DNA from: a virus
Lineage: Duplodnaviria > Caudoviricetes
IMG/VR virus record: IMGVR_UViG_3300012988_000008
Location: 1 to 50,407 of that record
Length of the DNA stretch: 50,407 bases
Strand: one strand, 5' to 3'
This document shows, piece after piece, positions 45,883 to 50,407 of this stretch. The stretch's first letter is position 1. Each line of letters begins with the position of its first letter. A program made the position numbers and the translations under genes. The notes below the pieces were generated by a model that was given only the letters and a program-made list of their open reading frames with translations, was not told the origin of the DNA and made no database searches.

Positions 45883-46357
45883 TGGACTTACTAAGTATCG
45901 TGCTTATCTTGTCGTGGGTGCCATTGGCCTTTGTACTGTTGGCGCTGCTTACGGTACTGGCTATTTGGTGGGGCAACGGAACGAAGCACGAATCGAAACT
46001 CGTGAGGTCACTAAGACCGTCAAAGAAATCCAATACGTCCAAGTAAGGAACATTGAATATGAACGTGAACTTCAACAGGAGCTTGATCGAAGCCGAACTC
46101 AAGCGGCCGACATCAAAAAGCGTCTCAGTGAGCGCCCTGTCAACAATTGCCCTGTTGATGCTGGCGTTGTCGGGGTGCTCAACGAAGCCATCAACCCTAC
46201 GACCAATCCCACCAGCGTCCCTGATGGTTCGACCACAACCGTTACCCAGCTTACCGACTGGTCCTTCGACGCCATCCAACAGTACAACGAAACAGCCCTC
46301 CGGTACAATAAGCTGATTGATTGGGTAGAAGAGAATTTAGTTGATGCCAGTAATTAA
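45854..46357 (+). CDS. Rz-like inner-membrane spanin (start may lie a few codons downstream)
   Basis: N-terminal TM plus coiled coil; contains a nested lipoprotein gene. Confidence 0.75.
   Translation: MQQVFVRLFNGLTKYRAYLVVGAIGLCTVGAAYGTGYLVGQRNEARIETREVTKTVKEIQYVQVRNIEYERELQQELDRSRTQAADIKKRLSERPVNNCPVDAGVVGVLNEAINPTTNPTSVPDGSTTTVTQLTDWSFDAIQQYNETALRYNKLIDWVEENLVDASN
46059..46316 (+). CDS. Rz1-like outer-membrane spanin nested in the +1 frame (alternative start GTG 46128)
   Basis: Hydrophobic stretch, lipobox LSGC, Pro-rich PIPPASLM.RPQPLP. Confidence 0.75.
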   Translation: MNVNFNRSLIEAELKRPTSKSVSVSALSTIALLMLALSGCSTKPSTLRPIPPASLMVRPQPLPSLPTGPSTPSNSTTKQPSGTIS

Positions 46358-46511
46358 AAAACTCCCTTTTAATATTGAAGACGTAACGGACCCCAAACTT
46401 CCAGTAGTAGATAATGTCGGACACTTGCTCGAAAGTATATTTGAGACTACTGAAATTGACTATTATTCTGCTGCCCACCATGTTTGTAATTATATTATGA
46501 ACAAATATTGA
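46344..46511 (+). CDS. 55-aa AT-rich hypothetical protein (MPVIKKLPF...)
   Basis: ORF overlapping the Rz stop, ending before the terminator. Confidence 0.5.
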   Translation: MPVIKKLPFNIEDVTDPKLPVVDNVGHLLESIFETTEIDYYSAAHHVCNYIMNKY

Positions 46512-46530
46512 TTGAAAAGTATTAAATACT

Positions 46531-46573
46531 AAAAAACCCCCGCCGGGAGCAATCCTGACGGGGGTTTCTTTTT
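46531..46573. terminator. Bidirectional terminator between the converging arms
   Basis: A-run, CCCCCG..GGGA-GCAA-TCCT..CGGGGG stem, TTTCTTTTT. Confidence 0.9.
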
Positions 46574-46626
46574 ATGTCAATCTGAGGTGACGGACTGACG
46601 ACGCCAGATTTGGATCACCGCCTTCC

Positions 46627-47058
46627 TTAAGCAGCGATTACGGCAGCAGTCCCAGCGGACGTAGCTACAGTAGCGCCCCTGTTGTTGGTCGCAGTTACGC
46701 GAACCGTGATTACCTTACCGACGTCACCGACGACCGGCACATATGTGGTTCCAGTAGCGCCGCTAATAGCGACACCAGCTGCGTACCACTGTTGGGTAAA
46801 CGTTCCTGTCGGAACCCAGGTGCCCGTAGTTCGGGTAAGGGTCTGTCCGACTTGGGCCGTTCCAGTAATCGTAGGAAGTACTGTATTTCTAGGACTGATA
46901 AAAGGATCACGTCCAGTAATTTCTGGTACGTACGTTCCGGCAAAACTAAAGTAAGTACTGCCGCCGTAATATCGTACCAAATCTTCGAGAATCTCAATCC
47001 ACTCATTAATCGGTTTAGCGCCAACAAAACGCTGACTATTAAAAGGTGTTTCGGCCAT
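46627..47058 (-). CDS. Ig-like domain virion protein
   Basis: P.ITGTA.VGQTLT...GTW...QW...GATG.TY...D.GK.ITV.VTA.N. Confidence 0.8.
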   Translation of the reverse strand: MAETPFNSQRFVGAKPINEWIEILEDLVRYYGGSTYFSFAGTYVPEITGRDPFISPRNTVLPTITGTAQVGQTLTRTTGTWVPTGTFTQQWYAAGVAISGATGTTYVPVVGDVGKVITVRVTATNNRGATVATSAGTAAVIAA

Positions 47059-47060
47059 TC

Positions 47061-47675
47061 TTAAACTTTCTCAGTTGTATAAAGGATTGTCGCAGACCCT
47101 GTCCAAGCACTGCCAGACGTGTGCTCAAAGAGCATGACGATATCGCCAAGGGCTGGTGTAACAGTCGCAGCGCCTCGTGGGCTTTCAAGAGGGGTGGCCG
47201 TATTAATGGCCGTGACGTTTAAAAACTTAGACGACGAAATAATAAATGGTGTATTACCAGATACGACGTCTGTTCGAATAATAGCTTGACTAAAGTTTTC
47301 AGATCGAATAAAGTGGTCGTCAGTCGACTGCGTAAACGTAAGCCCACGGACAGTAGTTACATCTGCGGACGTTCCGTCGATACGTGTAATTACACCAATA
47401 CCCATACGACCTTGAGTTGCTGACGCCTTGTCCACTTGCAGTGCTACGTAAGCAATATTTACTGGGGCATCCACCTTATGAGGCCAATTTACTATGTCGG
47501 ACTTATCGATAAGAACGGCCCACTTTGTAGCTGCTACGCCGGCAGCCGAATGAGTAGCTAACGCACAAGACTCTTGAGCCACTGTGGTGACATAAGACTC
47601 ACCGTCGGTAGTCCGCTTAAGCCCAATGAACTTTAGCGCAGCTTCTTTAAGAATTGAGTTAAAAGCTTTAGCCAA
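47061..47675 (-). CDS. Hypothetical protein, probably virion-associated
   Basis: TTG start at 47675 overlapping the endolysin stop; beta-rich. Confidence 0.6.
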   Translation of the reverse strand: MAKAFNSILKEAALKFIGLKRTTDGESYVTTVAQESCALATHSAAGVAATKWAVLIDKSDIVNWPHKVDAPVNIAYVALQVDKASATQGRMGIGVITRIDGTSADVTTVRGLTFTQSTDDHFIRSENFSQAIIRTDVVSGNTPFIISSSKFLNVTAINTATPLESPRGAATVTPALGDIVMLFEHTSGSAWTGSATILYTTEKV

Positions 47676-48099
47676 CGTGAAGCTCGAAATGAGGGCTGTC
47701 CGTCTCACCACGTTCGCGGGGCTTACCGTCCCGATCCCAGTCAGCACCCCAACGGAGTTCTACGCCGAGTTCTTTAGCGGCTTCAAACATAGCACGACTA
47801 ATCTCGTCAAACTTCTTTAGGTCGGACCAGTCGACGGGCCAAGGAACAAGGTCTACAGCATGACCAAAACCAGTCTTGGGGTTGACAAAATGGTTAGACG
47901 TCAACGTCCAAGTTACTTTGGACCCCGGTTTAGTTCGCCCCTGCGCGTACAACTCACGCTGTCGCTCAGGGGTACGAACACCTTCGAGGACCATAAAGTC
48001 CTGTTTAGTCTTTTGTATCGCCAGCTTCACTACGGACTGTAACTTTGGATGTACTCCCGTTAGGTTCGTTAGTGACCGTTGTGACAGTCTGTACGTCAT
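47668..48099 (-). CDS. Endolysin, M15 (L-Ala-D-Glu-type) peptidase
   Basis: EG.RT..RQ..LY.QGRT, S.H, AVD, WG.DW, D.PHFEL. Confidence 0.9.
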   Translation of the reverse strand: MTYRLSQRSLTNLTGVHPKLQSVVKLAIQKTKQDFMVLEGVRTPERQRELYAQGRTKPGSKVTWTLTSNHFVNPKTGFGHAVDLVPWPVDWSDLKKFDEISRAMFEAAKELGVELRWGADWDRDGKPRERGETDSPHFELHVG

Positions 48100-48403
48100 G
48101 GGTTGTAACCTCTAGTTCGACCCCACTGGGGCCTTTAAGTTCAAGTGACTTCATTGAAATACGATGAAGATAAAAAATTCCAAACAACACTTCAGCATGA
48201 GTAAGAACAAGAGCCACCAACAAAAACGAGATACGTAAAATTTCTGTTTCAGCTGACCAAGACCCGTAGTACATGAGAAGTGTGATGAACATAGCGAATA
48301 ACGACGCACACACCGCCGTTAAGTTTGCTGCCCAAGATCGGAAGGCGTCTATCACCACAGGGTTCAAGACGGCCGACCAAATATGTTTAATAAAGTTTTT
48401 CAT
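48005..48403 (-). CDS. Putative holin (2 TM)
   Basis: Two hydrophobic helices; directly upstream of and overlapping the endolysin. Confidence 0.55.
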   Translation of the reverse strand: MKNFIKHIWSAVLNPVVIDAFRSWAANLTAVCASLFAMFITLLMYYGSWSAETEILRISFLLVALVLTHAEVLFGIFYLHRISMKSLELKGPSGVELEVTTHDVQTVTTVTNEPNGSTSKVTVRSEAGDTKD

Positions 48404-48939
48404 GCTGTAGCCGTAGCGGTTATATGAAGAGGCACTGCCCCGACTGAAGCAGGAAGACGTAGAATAGTTAGGCCAAGAAGTGTCACGGCTTCGAAGCCGC
48501 CACGAACAACTTGAATAGTCACCTGAGTCGTACTAACAGAAGTTATATGACAACTAAATACTTCATTAGTTGCCGTGACAACAGGACTAATGCTGATAGC
48601 AGGAATTGCCGTAAAGGCGCTTGGGAAGGTCCAAGTTACCGAACCAGACGCATTAGTCGTAAGACGTGTTCCAAACTTTTTGGGGGCGTCTATACCAGCG
48701 GGACCAACGTTTCCAGTATCCCCCTTAGGGCCTGTTGCTCCCGTAGCGCCCGTGTCTCCTTTGGCCCCTTGTGGTCCAGTCGAACCTGTATCCCCTTTGG
48801 GGCCGACGGCTCCGGTGTCTCCTTTAGGTCCTGCTATACCAATAAGGCCTTGAACCCCCGGAGGCCCCGGAATAGGGAAATCAACAAGGACCCTCCCACG
48901 GGCCAGCCTTCTTGCTGTTAGCAAGGACGATAATCTCAT
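48400..48939 (-). CDS. Collagen-like (Gly-X-Y) fibre protein with small C-terminal domain
   Basis: GPKGDTG repeats; TFPSAFTA.P. Confidence 0.8.
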   Translation of the reverse strand: MRLSSLLTARRLARGRVLVDFPIPGPPGVQGLIGIAGPKGDTGAVGPKGDTGSTGPQGAKGDTGATGATGPKGDTGNVGPAGIDAPKKFGTRLTTNASGSVTWTFPSAFTAIPAISISPVVTATNEVFSCHITSVSTTQVTIQVVRGGFEAVTLLGLTILRLPASVGAVPLHITATATA

Positions 48940-48945
48940 CGGTTA

Positions 48946-50407
48946 TTATCCCCCCGCGATCCTTCGTGCATTAGCTCGACGACCGCTAATGTTATGGATA
49001 TTTTCGGGGTTTCCTGACTCCGATCCCCGAGGTCTTAAGAAGTACTGTGCAAAGATGTCAGCAGCTTGTGCCGCATCAGTCGCAGAACGAAGACGTCGGC
49101 CAGCGTTCGACTCAGTATTATTCAATTCCCAGTCAATAAAGGCAAAGGCCTGATTAATATCTGTTAAGTCGAACCCTTGTCGAGCTGCGGTAGCCCGACG
49201 GTCGGGATGCCACTGAGCTAAGCCAATAGCCTGTCCGCCGTCCCCTGCAACAGTCGTGCTAAAGTTAGATTCAGCTTGTAAATTCCCCAAGATACCAGCA
49301 ATAGCCGGAGTAGACCAGCCACGACGGCTTAGGATATTAGAACCGATCTGAATAGCTTGTTGAGCTTCAGGTGCGGGTTGTCGAGCGGTCTGAGAACGTT
49401 CTGCCGACTGACTTGCAGCAGACGTAAACGCATCAATCAGTTGATTGTCCAGTTGCTCTTGGTTTACGCGTTGACTGGTCACTTCGGAAGCCCTAGTACG
49501 CATCACTTCGGGGACTTCGCCTAACGCAAACAACCTACGAGCATCGGCAGGGCTAACACCGGCCATCGTTTCGTCAAATTTTGTAGTTTCAACTAAATAT
49601 CCTAAAGTATAGTTCATGCCGCCCACTTGTTGACGTAAGTCGTTAGGGGGGTTGGCAAGGGCACGCTCGTACGTAGGAATTGTGCCTTGAATGATACCAA
49701 TCCCACCACCAGCAGCAGACATAGAGTTTGCAGCACCAAGGGCGCGATCTCGATAGTTATTGTACGCACGACGATCTAAAGTGATTTGATACGTACCGGC
49801 ACGGGGCCCCGCCTGCTGATAAACGTACGACCAACCTTGCTCAATCTGTGAAGCGGACAGCGGAGTCCGTTTAGAAATATCGAGAAGGTGTGTAGCCGCA
49901 GCTCGTTTACCAAGGATAAGCGTGGGGTCTCCGACTTGCAAGTCTGCATTCTTTTGATCAAGACCAAATAACAGAACTTGAGCCGTCGGCACGTTACGAA
50001 TAAAGGTATTTCGATCTGCCCCCGGTTGGATTTCCAAGGCAGCGTTAGACAGCGCAAAGCCGGAATTGACGTATGCAGTCTGATTGGCTTGACTAGGATT
50101 AGTTCCGAGAGACCTAGCGTTGGCTTGGTGAGTAGCACCCATACTAGGAATCGCCTTACGAGCCTCAGTCTCAGTCATGTTTTGAATTTCAAGTTCACCA
50201 CGAAGCAAGCCAGAAATCTTAGCCATCGTCATTCGTTCACCGGGGGTGTCGATTACCCCAGAGACGTTGCGAAGATCACCAGACAATTCTTGGAGAACTT
50301 CGGGCGGAAGAACCGAATTGAGACCGCCAGCCGCAAAGATTTCATTTACAGCACCAGCGCCAAAGACTTCGACAAGCCCAGTGTACGTCTTCATCGAATC
50401 CATGGCC
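48946..50407 (-). CDS. C-terminal part of the ~871-aa ejection protein with a phage tail lysozyme domain
   Basis: AGILGNLQAES, GLAQW, Q..FI..EL; joins 1-1277 across the junction. Confidence 0.85.
   Translation of the reverse strand, partial: AMDSMKTYTGLVEVFGAGAVNEIFAAGGLNSVLPPEVLQELSGDLRNVSGVIDTPGERMTMAKISGLLRGELEIQNMTETEARKAIPSMGATHQANARSLGTNPSQANQTAYVNSGFALSNAALEIQPGADRNTFIRNVPTAQVLLFGLDQKNADLQVGDPTLILGKRAAATHLLDISKRTPLSASQIEQGWSYVYQQAGPRAGTYQITLDRRAYNNYRDRALGAANSMSAAGGGIGIIQGTIPTYERALANPPNDLRQQVGGMNYTLGYLVETTKFDETMAGVSPADARRLFALGEVPEVMRTRASEVTSQRVNQEQLDNQLIDAFTSAASQSAERSQTARQPAPEAQQAIQIGSNILSRRGWSTPAIAGILGNLQAESNFSTTVAGDGGQAIGLAQWHPDRRATAARQGFDLTDINQAFAFIDWELNNTESNAGRRLRSATDAAQAADIFAQYFLRPRGSESGNPENIHNISGRRANARRIAGG
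50285..50407. repeat. Second copy of the terminal overlap
   Basis: Identical to 1-123. Confidence 0.97.

Noticed and set aside
636-47835. Frequent GTCGAC (over 30 by eye, ~12 expected at equal base frequency)
   Set aside because: Palindromic, spread over both arms and plausibly explained by GTC-GAC codon usage; needs a codon-preserving shuffle before any claim
50285-50407. 123-bp repeat as the biological terminal repeat
   Set aside because: It lies in the middle of a CDS; this is typical assembler overlap, and real termini are more likely near 20.5-20.9 kb
1-50407. Prophage/temperate functions, introns or inteins
   Set aside because: No integrase, repressor or host genes seen; TerL, polymerase, helicase and RNR are uninterrupted and of normal length

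Overview
A complete, circularly permuted genome of a lytic podovirus. Bases 1-123 equal 50285-50407 (assembly overlap), so the unique length is 50,284 bp. The layout matches Zobellviridae (cobavirus/RIO-1/VpV262-like): two arms diverge from a non-coding region at ~20.2-21.0 kb (probable physical ends) and converge on a bidirectional terminator at ~46.53 kb. The rightward arm (21.0-46.5 kb) has small early genes, a ~460-nt highly structured non-coding region, tRNA-Leu(UAA), a nine-gene amidoligase cluster (GGCT, class I and II glutamine amidotransferases, two COOH-NH2 ligases, ATP-grasp, accessory genes), ThyX, T7-like primase-helicase, family A DNA polymerase, a CCA/poly(A)-type nucleotidyltransferase, SSB, nucleases, metallophosphoesterase, dNTP diphosphohydrolase, class II RNR and nested Rz/Rz1 spanins. 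The leftward arm has a tail spike, TerS, HNH, TerL, portal, scaffold, capsid, tail and ejection proteins, a collagen-like fibre, holin and an M15 endolysin. No RNA polymerase, integrase or repressor is recognisable; near-consensus sigma70 promoters are present. The host is Gram-negative (spanins), tentatively an alphaproteobacterium (weak inference). Most unusual signals: a large structured RNA with switch-like alternative pairings (22381-22842), a strand-polarised ATCTATCAT motif seen 11 times, an RMF-like insert in the amidotransferase, two CCG/GNAT-like paralogues in the amidoligase cluster, and a perfect antisense promoter with a G-run and AT-rich tract at ~39.4 kb. All calls come from reading motifs by eye; no searches were run.
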